A DNA stretch of 64,000 bases from an uncultured Verrucomicrobiae bacterium (GTDB lineage: Bacteria > Verrucomicrobiota > Verrucomicrobiia > Limisphaerales > DASXHY01): contig OY969416.1 of the NCBI GenBank assembly GCA_963699145.1, positions 986,226 to 1,050,225 on the forward strand, read 5' to 3'. The notes under the pieces are model-generated. The model had not been told where the DNA came from. It saw only the letters and a list, made by a program, of their open reading frames with translations, and did no database searches. The position numbers were made by a program, and so were the translations under genes. Positions 56,133-64,000 of the stretch are shown piece after piece (position 1 is the stretch's first letter; each line of letters begins with the position of its first letter).

Positions 56133-57698
56133 ATGAAACGCGAGCAAATGCTCCAGCAGGCGCGCGAGCGGTCTCAACCGTGGGACCTGATCATTGTCGG
56201 CGGTGGCGCGACCGGCGCGGGCATCGCGGTCGATGCCGCCACGCGCGGTTACGCCGTTCTCCTGCTCGAACAGCATGATTTCGGCAAAGGCACTTCCAGC
56301 CGCAGCACCAAATTGGTTCACGGCGGCGTGCGTTATCTCGAGCAGGGAAATATTTCGCTCGTGATGGAAGCGCTGAAGGAGCGCGGACGCCTGCGCCAAA
56401 ACGCGCCGCATCTCGTGCATGAACTCGCGTGCATCGTGCCGCGCTACGCGTGGTGGGAGGGGCCGTTTTATGGCATCGGCCTCAAAGTGTACGAACTGCT
56501 CGCCGGCAAATACGGCTTCGGCAAATCGCACTCCATCTCCAAGGAAGAAACCCTCGCGCAACTGCCCAACGTCAACCCCGACGGCCTCACCGGCGGCATC
56601 GTCTACTACGATGGCCAGTTCGACGACACCCGGTTGCTGATCAACCTCATCGCCACCGCCGCGGATCACGGCGCGACATTGTTGAACTACGCCAAAGTCA
56701 CCGCGCTGACGAAAGGCGGCGATAATATTGTCAACGGTGTGCAATGGCAGGATCTCGAGTCCGGTGAAATATTTCGAACACGCGCGAAAGTCGTGGTGAA
56801 CGCCGCCGGTGCCTTCACCGATTCCGTGCGGCAACTTGCCGAACCGAACGTCGAGCAAATGATCGCGCCCAGCCAGGGTGCGCACCTGGTGCTGGATCGT
56901 TCGTTCCTGCCGGGCAAAAACGCCATCCTCGTCCCGCACACCAAAGATGGGCGCGTCATGTTCGCCATTCCGTGGCACGGGCATACGCTGGTTGGCACCA
57001 CCGATACGCCGATTCAGGAGCCTTCGTTGGAACCCGTCGCTCTCGACAGCGAAATCGATTTCATGTTGGAGACCGCGAAACTTTATCTCGAAAAGAAACC
57101 GTCGCGCGCGGATATCAAAAGCGTCTTTGCGGGAATTCGTCCGCTCGTAAAATCCGGCGGCCGTGGCAAAACGGCGGCGCTCTCACGCGATCATGTGATT
57201 CATATCGATGAAAGCGGTCTCTTGAGCATTACCGGCGGCAAATGGACCACCTATCGTCAGATGGCGCAGGACTGCGTGGATCAAGCCGCCACGCTGGCGA
57301 ATTTGCCCGACAGCCCGTGCCGCACGCAAAGCTTGAGAATTCACGGTTCGAATGCCGATGCCGCCGCGCCCAGCGCCCTTTCATTTTACGGTGCGGATGC
57401 TCCCGCCATTCGCAAACTCATTGCGGAAAATTCAACGCTCGGTCAGCCATTGGATTCTCAATGGCCCTACGTCGCCGCCGAGGTGGTTTGGGCTGCACGA
57501 ATGGAAATGGCGCGCACTGTGGAAGACGTCCTGGCCCGTCGCACGCGCGCTTTGTTTCTCAACGCCCAGGCAGCCATTCGCATGGCGCCCAAGGTCGCCG
57601 AAATTCTCGCGCAAGAACTCGGCAAAGACGAGCGCTGGCAAGCCGAACAACTCACTCGTTTCAACCAAACCGCCAATGGATATGTGGTCAAAGCTTAG
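56133..57698 (+). CDS. glpD: FAD-dependent glycerol-3-phosphate dehydrogenase/oxidase
   Basis: WDLIIVGGGATGAGIAVDAATRGY.V.LLEQ.DF..GTSSRSTKLVHGGVRYLEQG dinucleotide-binding start, with GlpD colinearity throughout. Confidence 0.9.
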   Translation: MKREQMLQQARERSQPWDLIIVGGGATGAGIAVDAATRGYAVLLLEQHDFGKGTSSRSTKLVHGGVRYLEQGNISLVMEALKERGRLRQNAPHLVHELACIVPRYAWWEGPFYGIGLKVYELLAGKYGFGKSHSISKEETLAQLPNVNPDGLTGGIVYYDGQFDDTRLLINLIATAADHGATLLNYAKVTALTKGGDNIVNGVQWQDLESGEIFRTRAKVVVNAAGAFTDSVRQLAEPNVEQMIAPSQGAHLVLDRSFLPGKNAILVPHTKDGRVMFAIPWHGHTLVGTTDTPIQEPSLEPVALDSEIDFMLETAKLYLEKKPSRADIKSVFAGIRPLVKSGGRGKTAALSRDHVIHIDESGLLSITGGKWTTYRQMAQDCVDQAATLANLPDSPCRTQSLRIHGSNADAAAPSALSFYGADAPAIRKLIAENSTLGQPLDSQWPYVAAEVVWAARMEMARTVEDVLARRTRALFLNAQAAIRMAPKVAEILAQELGKDERWQAEQLTRFNQTANGYVVKA

Positions 57699-57824
57699 AG
57701 TATCAGAAGTCACGCGAAAATTAACTTCGATGTCCGGCGTTCAGCGTTCAGCGTTCGATGTTTCCGGTTCACTATATCTCACTTCCGTCTTTCCGCTCCC
57801 GCGATTGTCTGGTAGCGTCCGCCC

Positions 57825-58778
57825 GTGAATTTTCTCGTAACTGGCGGCGCCGGCTTCATCGGATCGCACGTGTGCGAACGGCTGCTCAACAGTGGCCACA
57901 GCGTCTGGGCCTTCGACGACCTCAACACGTTCTACGATCCGCAACTCAAACGCCGCAATCTCCGCGACATCCAATCCCTCGCCAAGCCGTTCGAGTTCGT
58001 TCAGGGCGACCTCACCGACCGCGCGGCATTGGATGAACTTTTCGGCAGCGTGAAGTTCGAGCAGGTCATTCACCTCGCCGCGCGCGCGGGCGTGCGTCCG
58101 AGCCTCGCCGAGCCCGCCTTATATCAACGCGTCAATGTTGAAGGCACCGTCAACATTCTCGAAGCCGCGCGCTTGACCGGCGTGAAGAAAATCACCATCG
58201 CGTCCTCGTCATCCGTGTATGGCGTGAATTCCAAAGTGCCCTTCGCCGAAAGCGATCCCATCTTTGCCGCCATTTCGCCCTACGCCGCCAGCAAGCTCGC
58301 GTGCGAAGCCCTGGGCCATGTGTATCATCACGTCTACGGCATGGATGTCGCCATGCTGCGTTTCTTCACCGTGTACGGCCCGCGCCAGCGCCCCGATTTG
58401 GCGATTCACAAATTCGCCAAACTCATCAGCGCCGGCAAACCCATCCCGGTCTTCGGCGATGGCTCGACGGCGCGCGATTATACCTACGTCACGGACACCG
58501 TGGACGGCGTCATCGCCTGCACGCAGAAGGAACTCGGCTTCGAAATTTTCAACCTCGGCGAATCGCAAACCGTTACGCTGAGTTACCTGATTGAATTGAT
58601 CGAAAAGGAACTGGGAAAAAAGGCCATCATCGATCGCCAGTCGCCGCAACCCGGCGATGTGCCAATCACGTTCGCTGACGTCTCCAAAGCCCGCGCCAAG
58701 CTCGGTTACAATCCGCACATCAAAATCGAGCAAGGCATCAAACTGTTCATCGAGTGGTTCCGCAAGAACCAGTCGTGA
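57825..58778 (+). CDS. NAD-dependent nucleotide-sugar epimerase (UDP-glucuronate 4-epimerase-like)
   Basis: GTG start; NFLVTGGAGFIGSHVCERLL, SPYAASKLACE (YxxxK) and RFFTVYGPRQRPD. Confidence 0.85.
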   Translation: MNFLVTGGAGFIGSHVCERLLNSGHSVWAFDDLNTFYDPQLKRRNLRDIQSLAKPFEFVQGDLTDRAALDELFGSVKFEQVIHLAARAGVRPSLAEPALYQRVNVEGTVNILEAARLTGVKKITIASSSSVYGVNSKVPFAESDPIFAAISPYAASKLACEALGHVYHHVYGMDVAMLRFFTVYGPRQRPDLAIHKFAKLISAGKPIPVFGDGSTARDYTYVTDTVDGVIACTQKELGFEIFNLGESQTVTLSYLIELIEKELGKKAIIDRQSPQPGDVPITFADVSKARAKLGYNPHIKIEQGIKLFIEWFRKNQS

Positions 58779-58826
58779 GCGTTTGAAATTTAGAAACGGT
58801 TTGTTCAGTCCCGTAAACCCCGGATC

Positions 58827-58953
58827 AACGCAGAGGCGCAAAGAACGCAGAGTTTCGCAGAGAAGGACAATGCCGACGATCCCGAGGCACGCGCCGAACT
58901 CAGCAAAGGAATTCTCTCTCTGCGCTCCTCCGCGTTCTTTGCGCCTTTGCGTT
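58827..58953. repeat. 127-bp element with ~36-bp imperfect terminal inverted repeats (aacgcagaggcgcaaagaacgc... type)
   Basis: Left arm 58827-58862 is aacgcagaggcgcaaagaacgcagagtttcgcagag. The reverse complement of the right arm 58918-58953 is aacgcaaaggcgcaaagaacgcggaggagcgcagag. Confidence 0.75.
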
Positions 58954-58970
58954 ATGCTTTTCCGCTCCGA

Positions 58971-58999
58971 AATAAAAAGGACGGCCCGTAGGCCGTCCT
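58971..58999 (-). terminator. Rho-independent terminator of the MFS transporter gene
   Basis: aggacggcc-cgta-ggccgtcct. Read on the minus strand it is followed by ttttatt, about 20 nt after the minus-strand stop at 59020. Confidence 0.65.
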
Positions 59000-59019
59000 G
59001 GGGGGGTGCGCAAACTAAA

Positions 59020-60597
59020 TTAATGACCGCCGGAAGTTTTCATTCCCACTAAGCCTTCTGATTGGCTGAGCTTGGGCCAGAAGAAACCGTAGGCGGCAAT
59101 AAAAAGAAAGCACGCCAGCGGCATCAGGAAGCTGATCGACATATTGTAGTTGTCTCCCAGCTTGCCCATGATTTTCGGCATGAGCGCGCCGCCCGTGATC
59201 GCCATGACGATAAAGGCCGATGCCTTTTTCTTGGAATCCGGTCCCAAACCAAAGATGCCAAGCGCGAAGATGGTCGGAAACATCAGCGACATAAAAAAGA
59301 ACGTGCCGAATACGGCGAACACCGATAACCAGCCCGCTTTCATCATGACCAAACCGCAAAGAGCGAGATTGATGAGCGCATAAGTCCCCAGCGCGCGATG
59401 AGCCCGGGCCTTTCGGAGAAGCGCCGAACTGATGACTCGGCCGATGAAGAAGAAAAAGTAGGCGACGGTTTGCATCCGGCTCGCGCCGGCGTCAGTCAGG
59501 TGCCAGCCGCCATCGGTTTGAGTCGTGCCGTCGGTCTTGAGGAAAAAGTGCACGAGGCTGTTGTCGTGGATGGCGTTGGAAATCGCCGGCAATTCGGCAA
59601 TCATGTAGTTAATGAAAAAGCTGAAAATACCTGCCTGCGCCGCGACGTAGAAAAACTGCGCCAGGGCGGCGGCTGAGAAATGCGGATGCGCCCAGATATT
59701 GTGCGACGAAAGCTGTCGCGAATAAATCCAGAGGCCAGCGGCGGCGACCGCCACCGGAATGAAGAAAATCCAACCGGGCACGTTCATTTCCATCACGAAA
59801 TGCATGATGGCATACACCGAAAAAACGATGACGCTCGCGCCGATGAGCATCAGCAGAAAGGCGAGGCCTTTATTGGTGGGCTTTTCTGTCGGAGCGTCCG
59901 GGCCCTTTTGGTCCGTGTGGTACTCGTCCTGGGTTTTGATCTCCGGCAATTTTGATTTCCAGAACACAGCGGCGAGGACGAGCACAAAGACCGCGATGAT
60001 GAGATACGGAATATAGAGCGTTTTGTTCGCCGCCTCGGCGCCGCCCGTGGTTGCATAAAAGAAAAACGAAGCGATGTATGGTCCGGAAATCCAGCCCAGC
60101 CCGTTGAAAGACTGCGCGAGATTAATGCGGAACGTGCCGTATTCTTTCGGGCCGAGCACGGTGGTATAGGGATTGGCCACGGTTTCCAGCACGGTGAGGC
60201 CCATGGCCACCACGCAGACACCGAGCAGAAACGCCCAGAATTGTGAAATGTGCGTTGCCGGCACGAACCAGAATCCGCCGACGGAAACGAGCATCAGGCC
60301 GAAAATGATACCGCCTTTGTAGCCGATTTTCCGGGTGAGAAAACCCGCCGGAAGAGCCATCAGCGTGTAGCCAAAATAATGGGCCGTTTGCACCCAGGCA
60401 GAATTGGCCTTCGTGAGGTGCAGCAGATCCTGGAAATGCTTGTCCATCGTATCGATCAAGCTGTTCAGGATTGCCCATAGCAGGAACAATATCGCGACCA
60501 GGAAGAATGCAAACGTTGCCAAACTGCCATCCGGCAAAGTGAAAAAACCTCTCTTATCGGTGCTTGTAGGGGGATTGGACTCAGCAATTGTGGCCAT
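59020..60597 (-). CDS. MFS sugar transporter, FucP (L-fucose:H+ symporter)-like
   Basis: A 12-TM-type protein. The N-terminal text FAFFLVAILFLLWAILNSLIDTMDKHFQDLLHLTKANSAWVQTAHYFGYTLMALPAG matches the FucP/glucose-galactose transporter family pattern. Confidence 0.8.
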   Translation of the reverse strand: MATIAESNPPTSTDKRGFFTLPDGSLATFAFFLVAILFLLWAILNSLIDTMDKHFQDLLHLTKANSAWVQTAHYFGYTLMALPAGFLTRKIGYKGGIIFGLMLVSVGGFWFVPATHISQFWAFLLGVCVVAMGLTVLETVANPYTTVLGPKEYGTFRINLAQSFNGLGWISGPYIASFFFYATTGGAEAANKTLYIPYLIIAVFVLVLAAVFWKSKLPEIKTQDEYHTDQKGPDAPTEKPTNKGLAFLLMLIGASVIVFSVYAIMHFVMEMNVPGWIFFIPVAVAAAGLWIYSRQLSSHNIWAHPHFSAAALAQFFYVAAQAGIFSFFINYMIAELPAISNAIHDNSLVHFFLKTDGTTQTDGGWHLTDAGASRMQTVAYFFFFIGRVISSALLRKARAHRALGTYALINLALCGLVMMKAGWLSVFAVFGTFFFMSLMFPTIFALGIFGLGPDSKKKASAFIVMAITGGALMPKIMGKLGDNYNMSISFLMPLACFLFIAAYGFFWPKLSQSEGLVGMKTSGGH

Positions 60598-60778
60598 AAG
60601 GGTGGCTGGACCATTACAAAACCACCATCCATCGTCAAGCGGAACGTAACAATTTACCTCTTATTTACGTATAGAACATTAGTATGACGATTGTAGTACA
60701 TGCGTCGGCAATGGTGCCCGTCGCCCGGGCAGGAATGAACCAATTTCTTGATCGCAGCGAAACCAAAAATTTGGAATA

Positions 60779-61417
60779 ATGACCGCTGTTGTTGTTCAAC
60801 CTTTGGCTTGCTTTGGGGAACACCGCGCCGACAAGCTGAAGCGTGGATTTCAATACGAACGCCCAGTGAGCGACGATGCTGAATTGCTGCAGCGAATTCG
60901 AAGCGGCGCGCGCGAAGAATTTGCCGAATTGGTTCGCCGTCACCAGTCCCATGTCTTTGCCATACTCTATCGTTACGAGAAGGATCATCACCGGCTCGAG
61001 GACCTTGCGCAGGATACGTTCCTCAAGGCCTGGCGTTCGCTCGAACAATTTGACGGCCGCGCCCCCTTTCAGCATTGGCTCAGCAAAATTGCCGTGCACG
61101 CCGCGCTCGATCATTTGCGGAAACAAAAACGCAGCCAGAAGGAAATCGGTTTCCCGGAACTCGGCGAGGACGCGCTGGACTGGCTGCACAACGACAACAA
61201 GCAAAGCGATCTCGACGCCAGCCAGGCTCGCGAGATCCTGGGCAACGCCATGCGCAAGCTTTCGCCGGAAGATCAGCTCGTGTTAACGTTGCTGGAAATT
61301 GAAGACCGCAGCGTGAAGGAAATCAGCGCCCTGACCGGGTGGACCGCCGTGACCGTGCGCGTCCGTGCATTGCGCGCCCGGGCCCGGCTGAAGAAGGCTT
61401 TGGAAGGATCAAAATGA
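60779..61417 (+). CDS. ECF-type RNA polymerase sigma-70 family factor
   Basis: Region 2 is FAELVRRHQSHVFAILYRY..DHHRLEDLAQDTFLKAWRSL. Region 4 is SVKEISALTGWTAVTVRVRALRARARLKKAL. Confidence 0.85.
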   Translation: MTAVVVQPLACFGEHRADKLKRGFQYERPVSDDAELLQRIRSGAREEFAELVRRHQSHVFAILYRYEKDHHRLEDLAQDTFLKAWRSLEQFDGRAPFQHWLSKIAVHAALDHLRKQKRSQKEIGFPELGEDALDWLHNDNKQSDLDASQAREILGNAMRKLSPEDQLVLTLLEIEDRSVKEISALTGWTAVTVRVRALRARARLKKALEGSK

Positions 61418-61701
61418 ACGACCGAAAATTGAATCAATTATTCAACGCCGCGAAGAACGAGACGCCCGCCGCGCCGAATGAAGGCTTCGCGTTCCTGGTG
61501 ATGCAACAAATCCAGCGCCATCCCACGCGGCCGGAACTCACGGTGTCCGACGTCATCGGCATGTGGTTTCCGCGCCTCGCCGTCGTCGCCGCGGCGGTCA
61601 TCGCCATTTGCGTCGTCGGTGAAATGGTGTTTGCTTCGAATGCACCCAGCCTGAGCGAAAGCGCGGCGCAGCTTGCCGAACCTCTCGTCGCGGAAAACTG
61701 A
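61414..61701 (+). CDS. Putative single-pass anti-sigma factor
   Basis: ATGA overlap with the sigma-factor stop. 95 aa with one TM helix (LAVVAAAVIAICVVGEMVF). Confidence 0.5.
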   Translation: MNDRKLNQLFNAAKNETPAAPNEGFAFLVMQQIQRHPTRPELTVSDVIGMWFPRLAVVAAAVIAICVVGEMVFASNAPSLSESAAQLAEPLVAEN

Positions 61702-61705
61702 GGGC

Positions 61706-62140
61706 ATGAAGACCGTCAAAGTCATCGGGGTGCTCGTGCTGATTTTTGTCGCGGGATTTTCCGGTGGCATCGTCGCCACGCGCATGATGGTGCGGAACAT
61801 GGTGCTGGAATTGAGGCGCGACCCGGACAAGGCGGTGATTACCGTGCGCACCAATGTTGAGCGCAATTTTTTCCGGACGCTTCGCCTCAGCCCGGACCAG
61901 CAAAAACAGGTGCACGAAATTCTGAAGGATTCCCGCGACCGCATGCGCCCCATCCGCGAGCAATTCCAGCCGCAACTCGACGCGATTGTCATCGAGACGC
62001 GCAGCAATATTTTGGCGACGTTGAAACCGCAACAACAGGAGCTCTTCAAAGAATTCCTCTCCGAAAACCGCCAATTCCTCCCTCTCCGCGAACAGCAGCC
62101 GAGGAAGGATCAGTCTTCAAACACCAATTCCCCGCGGTAG
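61706..62140 (+). CDS. Periplasmic Spy/CpxP-like (LTxxQ-type) protein
   Basis: ATG 61706 gives a signal-anchor MKTVKVIGVLVLIFVAGFSGG, then helical LSPDQQKQVHEILKD...LKPQQQELFKEFL repeats. Confidence 0.55.
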   Translation: MKTVKVIGVLVLIFVAGFSGGIVATRMMVRNMVLELRRDPDKAVITVRTNVERNFFRTLRLSPDQQKQVHEILKDSRDRMRPIREQFQPQLDAIVIETRSNILATLKPQQQELFKEFLSENRQFLPLREQQPRKDQSSNTNSPR

Positions 62141-62302
62141 CAGCCTGGGACCGCCGGCGTCCCGCCGGCCCGGACTACCGCTTGCGGCAGCACCGCAATT
62201 AAACCCTAAGCTGGTGTGGAGAGCGTCCTCGCGAGCCCGAACGTGACAATTCACCGGCTTGTCAAAACTCAGCCGGTCTCCCAAAACCAACCAGGGATAC
62301 TT

Positions 62303-62656
62303 TTACTTCCCTCGTTTCTTCCCGCTGGTCGAGGACGCCGTCTTTGTTTTCGCCGCCGGCTTTTTCTTCGGCGCGGATTTCGCTTGGCTGCTGGCGGAAG
62401 CTGTGGATTTCGCGTTGTCCGGCTGGCCCTTCGGCGCCGTATATTCGTGAACTGTCTGCCGGGCCTTATCCAATCCCTGATCCACGGCAACCTTTGCGCG
62501 ATCCAAAGCGCGCTGGCTCATATTCACCGTGTCCGTCAGAATATCGCACCCCCGGCGGATGCCATTCGCATAGGAGCCTTCCTGGACATCGATGCCCTTG
62601 GACTTCAGGAAACTTTTTAAATTGCCGAACATTTCTTCTTTTTTGATATTGCTCAT
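62303..62656 (-). CDS. Small protein with helical N-half and Lys/Ala/Ser-rich basic tail (function unknown)
   Basis: 117-aa ORF preceded by a GAGG RBS-like sequence on the minus strand. The tail is ...SSQAKSAPKKKPAAKTKTASSTSGKKRGK. Confidence 0.55.
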   Translation of the reverse strand: MSNIKKEEMFGNLKSFLKSKGIDVQEGSYANGIRRGCDILTDTVNMSQRALDRAKVAVDQGLDKARQTVHEYTAPKGQPDNAKSTASASSQAKSAPKKKPAAKTKTASSTSGKKRGK

Positions 62657-62757
62657 AGTTAACCTCGTTACGAATTAGAATCGCAAATCCTGGGAAAAAG
62701 ACAATTACACGGAGGAGGTTATTTTGTAGCGGGGCGTTGCCCCCCAGGCGTCAAAAA

Positions 62758-64000
62758 TCAATCCATCCTCAACCGCTGCTTCAATAACCCAAATGTCTGC
62801 AACATCTGCGACCGATCCGCAGTTGCATAACGCTCGGGCAAATAACGTTTATCCGAGCACGCCAGCACCGCCGCCAATTCCTGCAGCGCCAGCAAATCCG
62901 GATCGAGCGCGTCGATAAACGAATTCACCGCGTCTTCCAAATCCTCGCGCCGCACGTCAGTATCACGCTGCGCGAGCACGGCACGTTCCTGCGCGCGCAC
63001 CAGCACGGCCTCCACATCGCTGCCGGTGAGCGGGCGCTGGCCGAGATTTTCGCGGATGTATTTCGTAATCTCATCGCTGAGCGTCATCTTCCGCGAACGC
63101 GCGACGGTATTGAACAAATCCGCCACGTCATCCGGCCCTTGCGCCGGAAACAGCGGCACGCAAAGGCCGAAGCGCCCTTGGCGTTTCATGTCGATGGCCA
63201 GCAAATCGGGCCGCGAGGTCATGGCCACCCACAATTCGCGCCCGCGCAAACTGGAATCGCCGATGTGCGCCGCGAACGCCGCGAACACGCGCCCGGAAAT
63301 CCCGCTGTCGCCGCCATCCCCGCCGCGATTGCCGAACACCGCATCCGCCTCGTCCACCACCACGATCACCGGCCCGAGCGCGCGGATCGTCATCAGCACC
63401 CGCGCCTGCTGGCGTTCGGTGTCGCCGACCCATTTCGACCGAAATTCGCCAATCTCCATCACGGGCAAACCGCATTCGCTGGCGAAGCAATCGATTAGAA
63501 ACGATTTGCCCACACCCACGCGCCCCGGCACGAGCACGCCGCGCTCGAGCACCTCGGTCTTGGCATTGCGAATCAGCCAAGCGAGATCGCGCAATTTCTT
63601 TTTCGCCGCCACGTGCGTCGCCACGCAATCGAGCGTCACACCCGGCTTCGGATCCTTGAACCGCACCAGCCCCTGGCAATATTCCTCGATCAGCCGTTTT
63701 TTGCTGTCGGTCAAAAGCTGTTGCGTCACGCGCGCGCCATTGCGAATGGCCTCCGCGAGAAAATGTTGCACGCGCAATAAATTCAAACCCGCCGTCCGCG
63801 CCGCGAGATCCTCCGCCGACAAATCGCTCCACTCAGAAATCGCCTTGCCGCCCGCAAGCGCTTCGGCCCAGCCGGATTGCAGAAAACGCAATCGCTCGTC
63901 GGCCTCCGGCAAATCAATCCGCACCTGCGCGACATGCGGATTGCGCAACAGATCGGCCGAGAGGGTGCTGGCCGACTCCGTGATCAACAACACGCCGACG
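62758..64000 (-). CDS. Classical-clade AAA ATPase (CDC48/FtsH-like module), 5' end beyond window
   Basis: GVLVPGRVGVGKSFLIDCFA (Walker A), VIVVVDEADAVFGNR (Walker B) and WVAMTSRPDLLAIDMKRQGRF (sensor/Arg finger). The frame is still open at 64000, so Met 63993 is internal. Confidence 0.8.
   Translation of the reverse strand, partial: VGVLLITESASTLSADLLRNPHVAQVRIDLPEADERLRFLQSGWAEALAGGKAISEWSDLSAEDLAARTAGLNLLRVQHFLAEAIRNGARVTQQLLTDSKKRLIEEYCQGLVRFKDPKPGVTLDCVATHVAAKKKLRDLAWLIRNAKTEVLERGVLVPGRVGVGKSFLIDCFASECGLPVMEIGEFRSKWVGDTERQQARVLMTIRALGPVIVVVDEADAVFGNRGGDGGDSGISGRVFAAFAAHIGDSSLRGRELWVAMTSRPDLLAIDMKRQGRFGLCVPLFPAQGPDDVADLFNTVARSRKMTLSDEITKYIRENLGQRPLTGSDVEAVLVRAQERAVLAQRDTDVRREDLEDAVNSFIDALDPDLLALQELAAVLACSDKRYLPERYATADRSQMLQTFGLLKQRLRMD

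Overview
GC-rich bacterial chromosomal segment. It is probably Verrucomicrobiota-like; that is an inference from VPDxG-type PEP-CTERM tails, FYRL-type C-termini and several families of palindromic intergenic repeats. No rRNA, CRISPR array, transposase or integrase was seen.

Layout:
(1) 0-44 kb is one long plus-strand exopolysaccharide/exosortase island.
- Two FemAB-family paralogs, then an operon-embedded aberrant tRNA-Ala-like gene.
- A DltA-like adenylating enzyme, a tandem carrier protein, a frameshifted SGNH hydrolase and an acetyltransferase.
- A 1,000+ aa secreted SGNH/PKD/beta-helix protein.
- A methyltransferase, four glycosyltransferases, an AsnB-type amidotransferase and CysD/CysNC for PAPS synthesis.
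- Sugar-nucleotide enzymes, an outer-membrane barrel, and exosortase with PrsT, PrsK and PrsR.
- Three secreted-protein genes preceded by sigma-54-type promoters, two of them with VPDxG-CTERM tails.
- A Wza-like exporter and a LuxR-type response regulator.
(2) 45.3-54.4 kb holds three tandem minus-strand paralogous ClpB-like double-AAA+ genes with novel N-terminal domains. Two of them carry long C-terminal extensions. This is the best candidate here for an undescribed system.
(3) 54.4-64 kb is housekeeping/accessory: glpK, glpD, an epimerase, a FucP-like MFS transporter, an ECF sigma module, a small Lys-rich protein and a truncated classical AAA ATPase.

Two genes are broken by +1 frameshifts at homopolymer runs, so assembly indel error is a standing caveat. 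All calls come from reading the sequence and the ORF track, and no database search was run.
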